A stretch of 64,000 nt of DNA, taken from NCBI GenBank assembly GCA_050114915.1, contig JASFRN010000001.1, positions 5,020 through 69,019 of the forward strand. The letters are read 5' to 3'. The notes under the pieces are model-generated. The model ran no database searches. It saw nothing but the letters and a program-made list of their open reading frames with translations, and had not been told where the DNA came from. A program made the translations under genes and the position numbers. Origin of the DNA: Gemmatimonadales bacterium. Its GTDB lineage: Bacteria; Gemmatimonadota; Gemmatimonadetes; Palauibacterales; Palauibacteraceae. Of this stretch, positions 31,380-41,550 are shown piece after piece (the stretch's first letter is position 1; the number at the start of each line of letters is the position of its first letter).

Positions 31380-33797
31380 ATGCATCGAATCGTGTCCGCG
31401 CTTGGGGGCGCTTTCCTGGTTCTCGCCGTTTCGGCGAGCGCCGGTGCGCAGAGCATGCCCGACCGGTCCGCCAGGCCGCAGGTCCAGCAGGGCTTCGGCA
31501 GCACCGTGGCCGTGGCCGAGGGACGGGTCATCGTGGGTGAGCCCGCGAATCAGACGACGCCGGGCTACGTCTACACGTACGAGAAGGACGGGTCCGGCGC
31601 CTGGCAGCGCACGTCGCGGCTCGAGGGACCGGCCGCGGCCGAGGGTGACCAGTTCGGTCGCGTGCTCGCCGTCGACGGCGACGTCATGGCGACCGCCGCG
31701 ACGACCGGAGACGCGCAGGCCACCGTCTACGTCTACACGCGCGACGGGTCCGAGTGGAAGCTCCAGCAGAGCATCGAAGCGCCGGCCGACGCGTCTGCCG
31801 CCGAGTTCGGCCGCGCCGTCGCTCTCTCGGGCGACAACCTCCTCGTCGGCGCCTGGGCCGCCGCCGACTCCGCCGGAGCCGTGTACGCCTACCGCCGCAG
31901 CGGCAGCGGGGAGTTCGCCAGCGTCGGCACCCTGACCGCCGCCGACAGCGCCGCGGGCCAGGCCCGGTTCGGATCGAGCATGACCGTCGCCGGCGACGTG
32001 GCGCTCATCGGCGCTCCGTGGGCCGACGGCCAGACCGGCGCCGTCTACCTCTTCCGGGCCGGCGACGCGGGCTGGAAGAAGGAAGCCAAGCTCGAGTCGC
32101 GCGAAGTGGAGCAGGGGGATCGCTTCGGTTCCAGCCTGCTGCTGTCCGACGGCACGGCGTTCGTCGGCACCGAGCGGGTCAACCGCTTCGTCGGCGCCGT
32201 GTTCGCCTTCGAGCAGGACGAGGACTCGGGCGATTGGGACGAGTCGTACACGCTGCAGCCGTTCGATGCGGTGCAGCAGACGCGCTTCGGCATGAACATG
32301 GCCGCCGTGGACGGCGAGCTGTGGATCGGGGCGATGGGCGTCAACAGCTTCGCCGGGGCCGTGTACCGGTTCGAGCGCGGCGAGGACGGCGGCTGGCAGG
32401 CCGCGGAGAAGCTGACGGCCGACGATCTCGCGTCGAGCGACGTGTTCGGCATTCGGTTCGACGCGGAGGGCGACCTCGCGGCGATTGCCGCGCCGAACTC
32501 CGACTTCGGGCTCGGCTCGGTGTACGTCTTCGAGCGTAACGCCGACGGCGACTGGACGACCGACCAGGAGCTCTACACGCAGCCCTCCGAGATGGCGGCC
32601 GTCACCGGCAACCAGGTCCAGTGCACCAGCGGTGAAGCGGCCGGCTTCCAGTGCGAGGGCATGGACCTCGAGGCGTTCATCCCCGTCGACCAGCTCGGCG
32701 GCGGACGGGGCGTCAACCTCAACGACATCTGGGGCTGGACGGATCCGGAGACGGGTCACGAATGGGCGCTGGTGGGCCGCATGGACGGTACCACGTTCGT
32801 CGACGTGACCAACCCGCAGAACCCGGTCATCGTGGCCAACCTCCCGATGACGAAGGGCGCCCGCGCCAACGCGTGGCGGGACATCAAGACGTACAAGAAC
32901 CACGCGTACATCGTGGCCGACGGCGCGGGTCCCCACGGGATGCAGATCTACGATCTGACGCAGCTGCGCGACCTGGCGCCGGGGCCCGACGGTCCGGTGA
33001 CCGTCGAGGAGACGGCCCATTACGACAACGTCGCGAGCGTTCACAACATCGTGATCAACCCGGAGACCGGGTACGCATATGCCGTCGGCGCGGGCCAGGG
33101 CGGAGAGACCTGCGGTGGCGGTCTGCACATGATCGACATCCGCGATCCGGAGAACCCGCAGTTCGCGGGCTGCTTCTCCGACACGTCCACGGGTCGCCAG
33201 AAGACCGGATACACGCATGACGCGCAGTGCGTCGTGTACAACGGTCCCGACCAGGACTACCAGGGCCACGAGATCTGCCTGGGCTCCAACGAGACCGCGC
33301 TGTCGATCGCCGACGTGACCGACAAGAGCAATCCGGTCGCGATTTCGATGGCGACGTATCCGAATGTGGGCTACACCCATCAGGGCTGGTTCGACGAGGA
33401 TCAGCGGTACTTCTATCTCGACGACGAGCTCGACGAGATGCAGGGCCTGGTGGACCACACCCGCACGCTGGTGTGGGACCTGACGGATCTCGACGAGCCC
33501 GTTCTCGTCAAGGAGCACATGGGGACGCAGTCGACGATCGACCACAACCTGTACGTGAAGGGCAACTTCATGTACCAGTCGAACTACACGTCCGGTCTGC
33601 GGGTCCTCGACATCACCGACCGCGAGAATCCGGAAGAGACCGCCTACTTCGACACCACGCCCTACGACGACAACGAGGCGCAGTTCGCCGGGTCGTGGAG
33701 CAACTATCCGTATTTCGAGAGCGGCACGATCGTCGTGACGAGCATCTCCGACGGCCTGTTCGTGCTCAAGAAGCAGGAAGGACGTCCGGTTTCATGA
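31380..33797 (+). CDS. secreted FG-GAP-like beta-propeller repeat plus choice-of-anchor-B-like (LVIVD-type) domain protein
   Basis: AGGAGG lies 9 nt upstream of the ATG at 31380. Signal peptide MHRIVSALGGAFLVLAVSASAGAQS. The N-terminal half has repeated xFGxxVAxxGDxLxVGA units. The C-terminal half resembles the choice-of-anchor B family. The first 563 codons of the 29691..33797 ORF are antisense junk. Confidence 0.6.
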   Translation: MHRIVSALGGAFLVLAVSASAGAQSMPDRSARPQVQQGFGSTVAVAEGRVIVGEPANQTTPGYVYTYEKDGSGAWQRTSRLEGPAAAEGDQFGRVLAVDGDVMATAATTGDAQATVYVYTRDGSEWKLQQSIEAPADASAAEFGRAVALSGDNLLVGAWAAADSAGAVYAYRRSGSGEFASVGTLTAADSAAGQARFGSSMTVAGDVALIGAPWADGQTGAVYLFRAGDAGWKKEAKLESREVEQGDRFGSSLLLSDGTAFVGTERVNRFVGAVFAFEQDEDSGDWDESYTLQPFDAVQQTRFGMNMAAVDGELWIGAMGVNSFAGAVYRFERGEDGGWQAAEKLTADDLASSDVFGIRFDAEGDLAAIAAPNSDFGLGSVYVFERNADGDWTTDQELYTQPSEMAAVTGNQVQCTSGEAAGFQCEGMDLEAFIPVDQLGGGRGVNLNDIWGWTDPETGHEWALVGRMDGTTFVDVTNPQNPVIVANLPMTKGARANAWRDIKTYKNHAYIVADGAGPHGMQIYDLTQLRDLAPGPDGPVTVEETAHYDNVASVHNIVINPETGYAYAVGAGQGGETCGGGLHMIDIRDPENPQFAGCFSDTSTGRQKTGYTHDAQCVVYNGPDQDYQGHEICLGSNETALSIADVTDKSNPVAISMATYPNVGYTHQGWFDEDQRYFYLDDELDEMQGLVDHTRTLVWDLTDLDEPVLVKEHMGTQSTIDHNLYVKGNFMYQSNYTSGLRVLDITDRENPEETAYFDTTPYDDNEAQFAGSWSNYPYFESGTIVVTSISDGLFVLKKQEGRPVS

Positions 33798-34906
33798 AGA
33801 TCAGAGCCGTACGGCTGGTCGCCATCCTCGCCGCCGGGTTGATCCCGGCGGCGGGATGCGCGTCCGCCGGCAACGCCGCGCCCGTCGGGCAGGCCGCCAC
33901 GCGGACCGCCGACCAGGCGCAGCACCAGTACCTGTACGTGACGAACCAGAGCTCGGCCACCGTTACGGTGATCGACATGGAGACCGACGAGGTGGTCGAC
34001 ACGGTGGACCTCCAGGCGCTCGGCTTCAGCGCCAACTGCAAGCCGCACGACATCGCGGTCGAGCCCGACGGCAGCTTCTGGTACGTGTCGCTGATCGCCG
34101 ACGGGTTCGTGCTGAAGTTCGATCGGGACAACGAGCTGGTCGGCCGGGCTCCGTTCGAGACGCCGGGCCTGCTGCAGCTCGATCCGAGCAGCGACCTGCT
34201 CTACGTGGGGCGGTCGATGGCCGCGGTGAACCCGCCGCAGCGCATCGGCGTCATCGAGCGTCCGACCATGGACATCGACGAGGTCGACGTCTTCGTGGCG
34301 CGGCCGCACGCGCTCGCCGTGTCGCACGACGGCAAGTACGTCTACACGGCGAGCCTCGCGACGAACGACATGGTCGTCTACCGGCCGGAAACGGGTGAGA
34401 GCGAGGTCATTCACGTGCCGGGCACTGACGAGCATCCGCACACGTTCGTCGACTTCGAAGTATCGCCGGACGGGAGGAGCCTGATCGCCACCACCGAGAT
34501 GACGAGCAAGCTGCTCGTGATGGACGAGACGAAGCCGGCGACGATCCCGATCGTGCACACGACCGACGTACCCCAATCTCCCTGGCACCCGGCGTTCTCG
34601 CCGGACGGCAGCCGCCTGTATTTCGGAAATCTCCGTGCGAACGCCGTGACGTTCATCGACACCTCGGACTGGTCGATCGCCCGGGTCGTGGAGGACCCGC
34701 GATTCGCGCAGCCGCACGGCATCGCCGTGTCCGCCGACGGCAAGAAGCTCTACGTCGGCAATCGCAACACGTCGGCCAAGGACGAGGACGGTAACGCCGT
34801 GGACGGCTTCGTGGCCGTGATCGACACGAGCACCGGGAACGTCATCAAGCTCATCGAGGCCGATCACTACCCGGCCGGAATGGGCACGAACACGCGCGTC
34901 GACTGA
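33794..34906 (+). CDS. YVTN-family beta-propeller repeat lipoprotein
   Basis: ATGA overlap with the upstream stop. Lipobox AAGCAS. YLYVTNQSSATVTVID and repeated ~40-aa YVTN-like units. Confidence 0.6.
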   Translation: MKIRAVRLVAILAAGLIPAAGCASAGNAAPVGQAATRTADQAQHQYLYVTNQSSATVTVIDMETDEVVDTVDLQALGFSANCKPHDIAVEPDGSFWYVSLIADGFVLKFDRDNELVGRAPFETPGLLQLDPSSDLLYVGRSMAAVNPPQRIGVIERPTMDIDEVDVFVARPHALAVSHDGKYVYTASLATNDMVVYRPETGESEVIHVPGTDEHPHTFVDFEVSPDGRSLIATTEMTSKLLVMDETKPATIPIVHTTDVPQSPWHPAFSPDGSRLYFGNLRANAVTFIDTSDWSIARVVEDPRFAQPHGIAVSADGKKLYVGNRNTSAKDEDGNAVDGFVAVIDTSTGNVIKLIEADHYPAGMGTNTRVD

Positions 34907-34934
34907 GCGGCCGCCACAGACCGGGAGAATCACC

Positions 34935-36845
34935 TTGAAGTTCGCACGAACGGGGGTCGCCCTGCTGACGTCCGCCGTCATGGCGGCCTGCGCCTCGGCG
35001 TCCGGCGGTTCGCCGGCGGGCGGGGCGTCGCCGGACGGAACGCGCTCCGGCGGGACCGAGGCGACCGGCCCCTTTCCCGCCTATCGCATGAGCGTGACGG
35101 GGATCGCCGTGGCCGACAGCGCCGGGGTCGACTACCCGTATCCCTGGCTCGGAGGTTTCAACCTCCCGCGGCCCCAGGTCATCGACATCGATGGCGACGG
35201 GGACCTCGACCTGTTCGTCCAGGAGGCGTCGGGCCGGGTCATGTTCTTCGAGAACACGGGCTCGGCGACGCAGCCGGAGTTCACGTGGCGGACCGCCGCC
35301 TACCAGGGCATCGACGCCGGCGAGTGGTACCGGTTCGCGAAGATGGACGACGACGCCGACGTGGACCTGCTCACCGAGCGGGTGTTCAGCTACGTCAGCT
35401 ACTGGCGGAACGACGGCACCGTGCGGTCTCCGGACTTCGTGCTCGCGGCCGACTCCCTCCGCGACGCCAACGGCGAGCCGATCTTCTCGGACCGGCAGAA
35501 CATCCCGAACATCGCCGACATCGACTGTGACGGGGATCTCGACCTGCTGATCGGCCGGCTCACCGGTTCGATCACGCACTACGAGGAGGTCGGCCGGGAC
35601 GAGAACGACCTGCCGCGCTTCCGCCACGTGACGGATAATTTCCAGAACATCTCGATCATCGCGAACTTCGGCCCGGGCGCCGCTCCGAACGTGCCCGGTG
35701 GGGCGGGGGCCGTGAATCCGAGCGGGAGCAGCAAGCACGGCGCGAACACGCTGGCCCTGGCCGATTTCGACGGCGACGGCGACCTCGACCTGTTCTGGGG
35801 CGACTATTTCGAGGCCGGACTGCTCTACATTCCCAACGAGGGGACGTGCCAGCGCCCCGACCTCGACTCGGAGCCGGTGCAGTTCCCGCCGAACGCGCCG
35901 ATCGAAACCTCGGGCTACAACGCTCCCACCCTGGGCGACCTCGACGGCGACGGCGACCTCGACATGCTGGTCGGGGTGCTGGGCGGGGCGTTCAACCCGA
36001 ACCGCACGATGATCGACAACTTCCTGTTCCTCGAGCAGACGGGGCCCAACACGTTCGAGCAGCGGACCAGCCGGTTCCTCCCGAACCTCGACGTAGGCAG
36101 CGAGAGCGTCCCGACCTTCGTGGACTGGGACGGGGACGGGGACCAGGACCTGCTCGTGTCGAACAAGCTGGAGCAGGACGGCTCCCCCACGTCGCGGATC
36201 TACCGGTTCGAGAACGTCGGCGATCGGAGCGCGCCGCGCTTCGCGCTTCGTGGCGTCCTGCCGATCGAGGGAGACTATCACTACGCCCCGGCGTTCGGCG
36301 ACCTCGACGGGGACGGCACGCTCGAGATCGTGCTCGGGACGTGGCGCTCCGACCTGCGCCTCTATCACCGCGAGGGCGACGCCCTCGTCCGTGACACGAC
36401 GTTCGACGTCAAGCTGACTCGCGGCACGAACGCCGCGCCCGCCCTGGCCGACATCGACGCCGACGGGGACCTCGACCTGTTCGTCGGTGAGGCGTCGGGC
36501 GAGCTGAACTTCTATCGGAACGTCGGCACGCCGCAGAAGGCCGTGTTCGAGCTCGAGTCGGACAATTTCGGAGAGTTCGACCCCGGCCGGCGGAGCTTCC
36601 CGCGGCTCGTCGACTTCGACGGTGACGGAGACCTGGACCTGTTCCTCGGAACCGAGACCGACGGCATCGTCATGTACCGGAACGAAGGGACGCCCCGAGC
36701 GTTCGCTTTCGAGCGGGTGGGTGCCATGCCGCTGCCGGCGCCGGCGTTCGCGGTCCCCGCCTTCGTCGACATCGACGGCGACGGGGACCTGGAGCTGTTC
36801 GTCGGAGGGAATTCGGGGGGCGTCCTCTACTTCGAGACCCCGTAG
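34935..36845 (+). CDS. FG-GAP/VCBS repeat (ASPIC/UnbV, CRTAC1-like) lipoprotein
   Basis: TTG start with signal/lipobox VMAACAS. At least eight DxDGDGDLDL calcium-binding FG-GAP repeat motifs. Confidence 0.65.
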   Translation: MKFARTGVALLTSAVMAACASASGGSPAGGASPDGTRSGGTEATGPFPAYRMSVTGIAVADSAGVDYPYPWLGGFNLPRPQVIDIDGDGDLDLFVQEASGRVMFFENTGSATQPEFTWRTAAYQGIDAGEWYRFAKMDDDADVDLLTERVFSYVSYWRNDGTVRSPDFVLAADSLRDANGEPIFSDRQNIPNIADIDCDGDLDLLIGRLTGSITHYEEVGRDENDLPRFRHVTDNFQNISIIANFGPGAAPNVPGGAGAVNPSGSSKHGANTLALADFDGDGDLDLFWGDYFEAGLLYIPNEGTCQRPDLDSEPVQFPPNAPIETSGYNAPTLGDLDGDGDLDMLVGVLGGAFNPNRTMIDNFLFLEQTGPNTFEQRTSRFLPNLDVGSESVPTFVDWDGDGDQDLLVSNKLEQDGSPTSRIYRFENVGDRSAPRFALRGVLPIEGDYHYAPAFGDLDGDGTLEIVLGTWRSDLRLYHREGDALVRDTTFDVKLTRGTNAAPALADIDADGDLDLFVGEASGELNFYRNVGTPQKAVFELESDNFGEFDPGRRSFPRLVDFDGDGDLDLFLGTETDGIVMYRNEGTPRAFAFERVGAMPLPAPAFAVPAFVDIDGDGDLELFVGGNSGGVLYFETP

Positions 36846-36889
36846 AGAGCGACCCCGCGAAGCACTCCCGGGCCCGGCCCGGCCCGGCC

Positions 36890-37759
36890 TCAGTCCATTC
36901 GGACGATCAGCGCCACGGTGAACTGCGTGTCGAGCTTGTCGAGCGGCACGGACACCGTTCCGGTCGCCGGCCCGCCCGGGGCGGAGAGGAGGGTGACCTC
37001 CTCGAGAGCCGGCTGGTTGTCGAACAGCAGCTTCACGCCCGTCTTGAGCGCCAGGGCATCGCTGATGTCCACGGCGACCGCGTTGTCGAAGTCGGCCCGC
37101 AGGTCCTCGGTGTCGGAGAGGTTCTCGTCGACGACGAGGGCGCTGGTGAACTTCGTGGTCTGCGTGAGCGCGTGCGACAGGTCCCACGTGAACCGCAGTC
37201 CGGCGAACGAATCGGTTTCACCCACCACCGGCCGCTCGCTCGTCACCGTGGCGCCGAGATCGGCCTGGAAGGCGGTCCGATCCGTCTCGATCAGCTTCCA
37301 GCCCAGTCCCGCCGCACCCGTCCAGCGATCGTCGATCCCGGCGAACCGGTTCCGCACCCAGCCGCCCGAGCCGTACAGGTAGCTCCGGGCCGTCAGATCA
37401 CGGTCGTAGCGGAGACTGGCGAAGTAATTCTCGGCCTTCGTCTCGGTGTCCGTGGTCTCGACCACCTCGAAGTCCGTCGGCGAGCCGATCGCGGTGCGGT
37501 CCGTCGTGCCGGATTCGACCCGCAGGCCCCCGACGTCGAGGGCCAGCCGCGCGGCGGGGAAGAGCCTCTCGAGCTTGTTCTTCACGCCGAACGTGTTGGA
37601 CTGCGTGTTGCCGGCCGTGAGGACCAGGGAGAATTCCGCCTGGTCGTACCAGCCGGGCGTACGCTCCTCCTGGGCGAGCAGGTTGGAGCGCGGCGCGGCG
37701 AGCGCCACGAGCGCGAGCAGCGTCGCAAGCGTAAGGGTGCGTCGGGCCGTGATATGCAT
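36890..37759 (-). CDS. DUF481-type outer-membrane beta-barrel protein
   Basis: The ATG at 37759 opens MHITARRTLTLATLLALVALAAP, a signal peptide. The protein has alternating beta-strand character with a C-terminal aromatic residue. Confidence 0.6.
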   Translation of the reverse strand: MHITARRTLTLATLLALVALAAPRSNLLAQEERTPGWYDQAEFSLVLTAGNTQSNTFGVKNKLERLFPAARLALDVGGLRVESGTTDRTAIGSPTDFEVVETTDTETKAENYFASLRYDRDLTARSYLYGSGGWVRNRFAGIDDRWTGAAGLGWKLIETDRTAFQADLGATVTSERPVVGETDSFAGLRFTWDLSHALTQTTKFTSALVVDENLSDTEDLRADFDNAVAVDISDALALKTGVKLLFDNQPALEEVTLLSAPGGPATGTVSVPLDKLDTQFTVALIVRMD

Positions 37760-37876
37760 CAGCGTACCTTCCGGAATTCGGGGCTGGAATTTTCGCCCCG
37801 CTAAGCAACGCCCGGAAGGCGGAGATCGCAAGGGCGGGGCGGCGGGATCGGGGCCCGCGCTCCGCCTCGCGACAGG

Positions 37877-38446
37877 TCAGGGGGCGCCCACGTCGTCGAT
37901 CTCGAGAGCGTCCGGATCCCCGGTGTAGTTGACGACGAAGCGCTGCCGCACCGTCGACTCGAGGCCCTCGGCGGCTCGCACCGACACGGTGAGCCGATAG
38001 CGCCCGGGGGGATACTCCAGCATCATGCCCGAGCTGATCTGCAGGGGCGTGACGAGGCGCATCTTCTTCTGGTTCAGGTACGTGAGTACGAGCGGAAGCT
38101 CACAGCTCGTCTCTCCCGCGGCGACGTTGAGGCGGCCCGTCGATCCCACGCCGGACCACGGCAGCTGCAGTACGAAGGGGAAGCCCGGGTGCCGGTGCCA
38201 GAGGGCGCCGTCGAAGTATTCGAGTCGCTCGATCATCGCCTCGCAGCCGCGGGCGGTCTCGAGCCCCGTGTTGATCAGCCGGAGCATGTAGACGAGGACG
38301 GGGACGTTGCCGAACCGAACGCGCTGTGGTGCGGCGCCGGGGTCGACGCGCAAACGCAGCTTGGGCATGCGGCGCATCTTCATGACGCGCCGCGCCTGCA
38401 GTCCGGCCGCCCCGGAGGCGGCGATCATCACGGCGAGATCCGTCAT
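37877..38446 (-). CDS. hypothetical protein
   Basis: Coherent GC3-rich ORF. The internal ATG at 38446 has GAGGA ~8 nt upstream. No recognisable domain. Confidence 0.35.
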   Translation of the reverse strand: MTDLAVMIAASGAAGLQARRVMKMRRMPKLRLRVDPGAAPQRVRFGNVPVLVYMLRLINTGLETARGCEAMIERLEYFDGALWHRHPGFPFVLQLPWSGVGSTGRLNVAAGETSCELPLVLTYLNQKKMRLVTPLQISSGMMLEYPPGRYRLTVSVRAAEGLESTVRQRFVVNYTGDPDALEIDDVGAP

Positions 38447-38732
38447 AGCGAGATCCTCAATCGTCGGTATTCGTCGCGGGAGACCGTGCACCGGGCCTCC
38501 ATCGGTCCCGTCCCTTCGGACGGCACGCCGACAAATTGCAAGAAGCTTGCCGTTGCGTGAACGCCACACACGGCCTGCGACCTGGACCGATGTAAACTAA
38601 GGGGAAAACGTGTCTAACTTGCTGTTGGATAGTGAGATGCATGGAATGCTCCAGCGGGCCGGGGTGCGCGGAGGTGCGGCTGGCACGTGACTTGGGCGGG
38701 GGCCGGCAGGACGCCATGCCAGCGCACAAAGT

Positions 38733-38936
38733 TCAGCAGCCGGAGTCGCCGTCCGTGTCGGGCGGCCCGTCGGGAGCCCCCCGCTCGAAGCCCGGGCAGC
38801 GCAGGACGGGAAGCTGCGGATAACGGCGCAGATCATCGCGCCACGCCGCGGCACGGCAGAGCCAGAACCGCGTTCCGCGGTCGCTGGTGACCACCCGCGC
38901 CCACCGGCAGTTCGCGCACAGGCCGGGGTCGATCAA
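38733..38936 (-). CDS. hypothetical small Cys-rich protein (67 aa, TTG start)
   Basis: MIDPGLCANCRWARVVTSDRGTRFWLCR...RCPGF... Five Cys residues, GC3-rich codons, in an otherwise gene-free 500-bp gap. Confidence 0.25.
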   Translation of the reverse strand: MIDPGLCANCRWARVVTSDRGTRFWLCRAAAWRDDLRRYPQLPVLRCPGFERGAPDGPPDTDGDSGC

Positions 38937-39095
38937 GGGACGGGCACGGCGAATGAAGGCATGGGTCGATGTGACGCCCGTCGCAGGCCAGCGTCAAGGC
39001 CGGCGGCTCTATCGGGCGTCCCCGGGGACCGCGACCTTGGTGCGGTGACCACGAATCCGACGCTTCGACCTGCCGACGACACGTCGCGGGCGCGC

Positions 39096-40832
39096 ATGGC
39101 CCGGCTCACGGCCGCCTATGGCGCGGCCGCCCTCGTGCTGGTCGGCATCTCGCGCTGGCTGGCGGGAGGCGGTCGACTGTCCGCCTCGTCGCTCACGTCG
39201 ATCGCGTTCGTCGTCGTGGCGGCGTACCCGCTCGTGCTGGCCTTCGCCTGGTGGAGGACGACACGGGCCCCGGCGGCAAAGGCGGCGGCGGACACGAGGA
39301 CCGAGCGCCGTCTGTCGGCGAGGGGGGTGGGCCTGGTCGCGGCCGGGGTGGGGGCCCTGGTCGCCGCCGCCTGGGTCGGGATGCGGCCGCTCCCCGAGGC
39401 GACGAAGTCCGACCCGGGCGCGGCCCCGCCCGCGCCCCTCGTTGCCGTGCTGCCCCTGCTCGACCTCGACCGCCGCGGCGATCGCACGCTGGCCGACGGG
39501 GTCACGGAGTTGTTCGTCGACGGGCTCGCGGCGGTGGACGGGCTCGAAGTGCGCGGTCGCGTCTCGGCGGAGTCGTTCATCGACGTGAACCGCGACGCCG
39601 CCGACATCGGCGCCGTCCTCGGCGCCGCGGTGGTCCTCGACGGCACGATCCGACGCGCGCCGGGGGATCTGCGGCTGGTCGTGCGGCTCGTCGACGTAGC
39701 CTCCGGCGAGTCGCTGTGGACGGTGTCGGCCGACACGACGGAAGCGGGGCTGTTCGTAATCCGCGATCGGGTCGTTCGTGGCGTCGCCGGAGCGCTCGGG
39801 CTCGGGGTCGGCGATCGGGTCCTGCGGCGACTGGAGCGCCGACGCACGAACCCTGCCGCCCTCGATCTATGGATGCTCGGTCGCTTCCGCTGGGCGGCGG
39901 GCGCACGCGGCGACCTCGCGGAGGCGGCCTCGTTCTACCATCAGGCGATCGGCGCGGATTCCGGTTACGCGGCGGCCTGGACGGCGCTCGCCGACGCCTA
40001 CGCCACGCTTCCCCGGTTCACGCGTTACCCGCCCGCCGGAGCCCGCGAGTACGGCGCGGCGGCCGCACGCACGGCCCTGCAGCTCGATGCGGAGGGGGCG
40101 GGCGCCCACACGGCGCTGGGCGAGATTCTGTTCGTGTACGAACACGACTGGGCGGGGGGGCGCTCTCACCTCGAACGGGCGGCCGAGCTCGATCCGGGGG
40201 ATGCGGCGCCGCGCGACCGTCTGTGCGAACTGGATTTGGCGCTCGCCCACCTCGAAGCGGCGCGTGCCGAGTGCGCCGAAGCGCGGCGGCGCGATCCGCT
40301 CGCCTACCGGCCCGCCTGGCTCGCCGCCGGTCTCGCGCGCGCCTCGGGAGACCTGCCCGCATCCCTTCGAAGCCTGGACAGTCTCGCGGCAGCGTACCCG
40401 GACTTCGAACCGCTGGCGGGGGAGCGCGCGATCACCCGCCTGCTGGTCGTGCGATCCAACCCGGAGCCCGAATCGAGTCGGGCGGCCGTCGAAGCCGACC
40501 TGGCGGGGTGGTTCGAGCTTCTCGCCGATCCCCCGGTGGCGGACTCGCTGGCCTCCACCCTCGCGACCGCGGCGGTCGGGACGGGTTCGGCGGGCTCGGC
40601 GCGAAGGGCGCTCGAGGAAGTCGCGGCGAACCTGGCCCCGGCTCCGGCGCAGCTGGTGGCGCTGTACGCCCGGTTCGGACAGCTCGATCGGGCGGCCGAA
40701 CTGGCGCTGCAGGCGCTGGCGGATCGCCGGCCGGGAGCCCTGGGGTTCGGCGTTCAGCCGGAGTATGCGAGCCTCAGGGCCCGCGCCGACGTGGCGCAGG
40801 CGCTCGCCGCCGCAGGACTTCCCGCGAGCTGA
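39096..40832 (+). CDS. membrane-anchored TPR-repeat protein (TolB-N-like plus TPR architecture)
   Basis: The N-terminus has two TM segments. The C-terminal TPR-like helical repeats recur with the AAAW..LADAY pattern. The start could equally be 38961. Confidence 0.5.
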   Translation: MARLTAAYGAAALVLVGISRWLAGGGRLSASSLTSIAFVVVAAYPLVLAFAWWRTTRAPAAKAAADTRTERRLSARGVGLVAAGVGALVAAAWVGMRPLPEATKSDPGAAPPAPLVAVLPLLDLDRRGDRTLADGVTELFVDGLAAVDGLEVRGRVSAESFIDVNRDAADIGAVLGAAVVLDGTIRRAPGDLRLVVRLVDVASGESLWTVSADTTEAGLFVIRDRVVRGVAGALGLGVGDRVLRRLERRRTNPAALDLWMLGRFRWAAGARGDLAEAASFYHQAIGADSGYAAAWTALADAYATLPRFTRYPPAGAREYGAAAARTALQLDAEGAGAHTALGEILFVYEHDWAGGRSHLERAAELDPGDAAPRDRLCELDLALAHLEAARAECAEARRRDPLAYRPAWLAAGLARASGDLPASLRSLDSLAAAYPDFEPLAGERAITRLLVVRSNPEPESSRAAVEADLAGWFELLADPPVADSLASTLATAAVGTGSAGSARRALEEVAANLAPAPAQLVALYARFGQLDRAAELALQALADRRPGALGFGVQPEYASLRARADVAQALAAAGLPAS

Positions 40833-40838
40833 CGCGGC

Positions 40839-41357
40839 TCAGTTCAACCGACGCGGCTCCACGTCGGGTTGTCCGAGGCGGGCTCCCAGGGCACGCAGCA
40901 ACCGCTCCATCGTGGCGGTCTGGCTACGGAAGGTGGTGAGGCCGCGGATCACGAGGTTGTCGATGCGGGCTTCTTCGGTGAGGGTCACGCGCGACCCCGA
41001 GCCGGCGGGCTCTACGGCGTACGTCCAGCGCCCGATGAACATCCCCGCGTCGGCCAGCGTCGTGAAGCGCCTCGGCGGCTCACGTCCGGTGACCGTGATT
41101 GTCATAGAGCCGTCCGGACCTGAAATCCGGTAACTCTGCTGCTCGGGCTCGTCGCCGATCGGAGTCAGTTCGCGTACGCTCGGGTGCCACTCCGGCCAGC
41201 TCTCGATGTCGCTCAGCACGGCATAGACCGAATCGACGCTGGCTCGATAATCGGCCGAGACCTGGGCCACGTGCACGTTCGGCATCGAGTAGCCGATTCC
41301 GGCGAGAACGGCGATCACGCCCGCGACGACTCCGAGACCGATCAACAACCAGCGCAT
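40839..41357 (-). CDS. SRPBCC (polyketide cyclase/dehydrase-like) protein with an N-terminal TM anchor
   Basis: GGGAGG lies 6 nt upstream of the ATG at 41357. MRWLLIGLGVVAGVIAVLAG is a TM segment, followed by an SRPBCC-like fold. Confidence 0.55.
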   Translation of the reverse strand: MRWLLIGLGVVAGVIAVLAGIGYSMPNVHVAQVSADYRASVDSVYAVLSDIESWPEWHPSVRELTPIGDEPEQQSYRISGPDGSMTITVTGREPPRRFTTLADAGMFIGRWTYAVEPAGSGSRVTLTEEARIDNLVIRGLTTFRSQTATMERLLRALGARLGQPDVEPRRLN

Positions 41358-41550
41358 AATTCGCCTCCCCCTGTGACGATCCGCTGCTGCAAAAATCATC
41401 GCATGCGGCAGCGCCTGCCGAAAGTCCGTATCGGACGGTCGAGCGGCTCTCGCCTGTGGAACCCGCGCCACGCTTACGCCGGCGCGACCACGAATCGCCC
41501 GTCTGGACGGGCTCCGCGGCGTGGCATGACGGATGCTCGGGTACGGAGCC

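Noticed and set aside
34851-37187. 778-aa minus-strand ORF
   Set aside because: It is antisense to the FG-GAP/VCBS lipoprotein gene, whose DGDGDLDL repeats are clearly genuine.
38570-39095. Search for tRNA or ncRNA in the largest non-coding gap
   Set aside because: No cloverleaf-compatible segments and no conserved T-loop (GTTCGAATC-like) sequence were found. Only the weak small Cys-rich ORF is reported.
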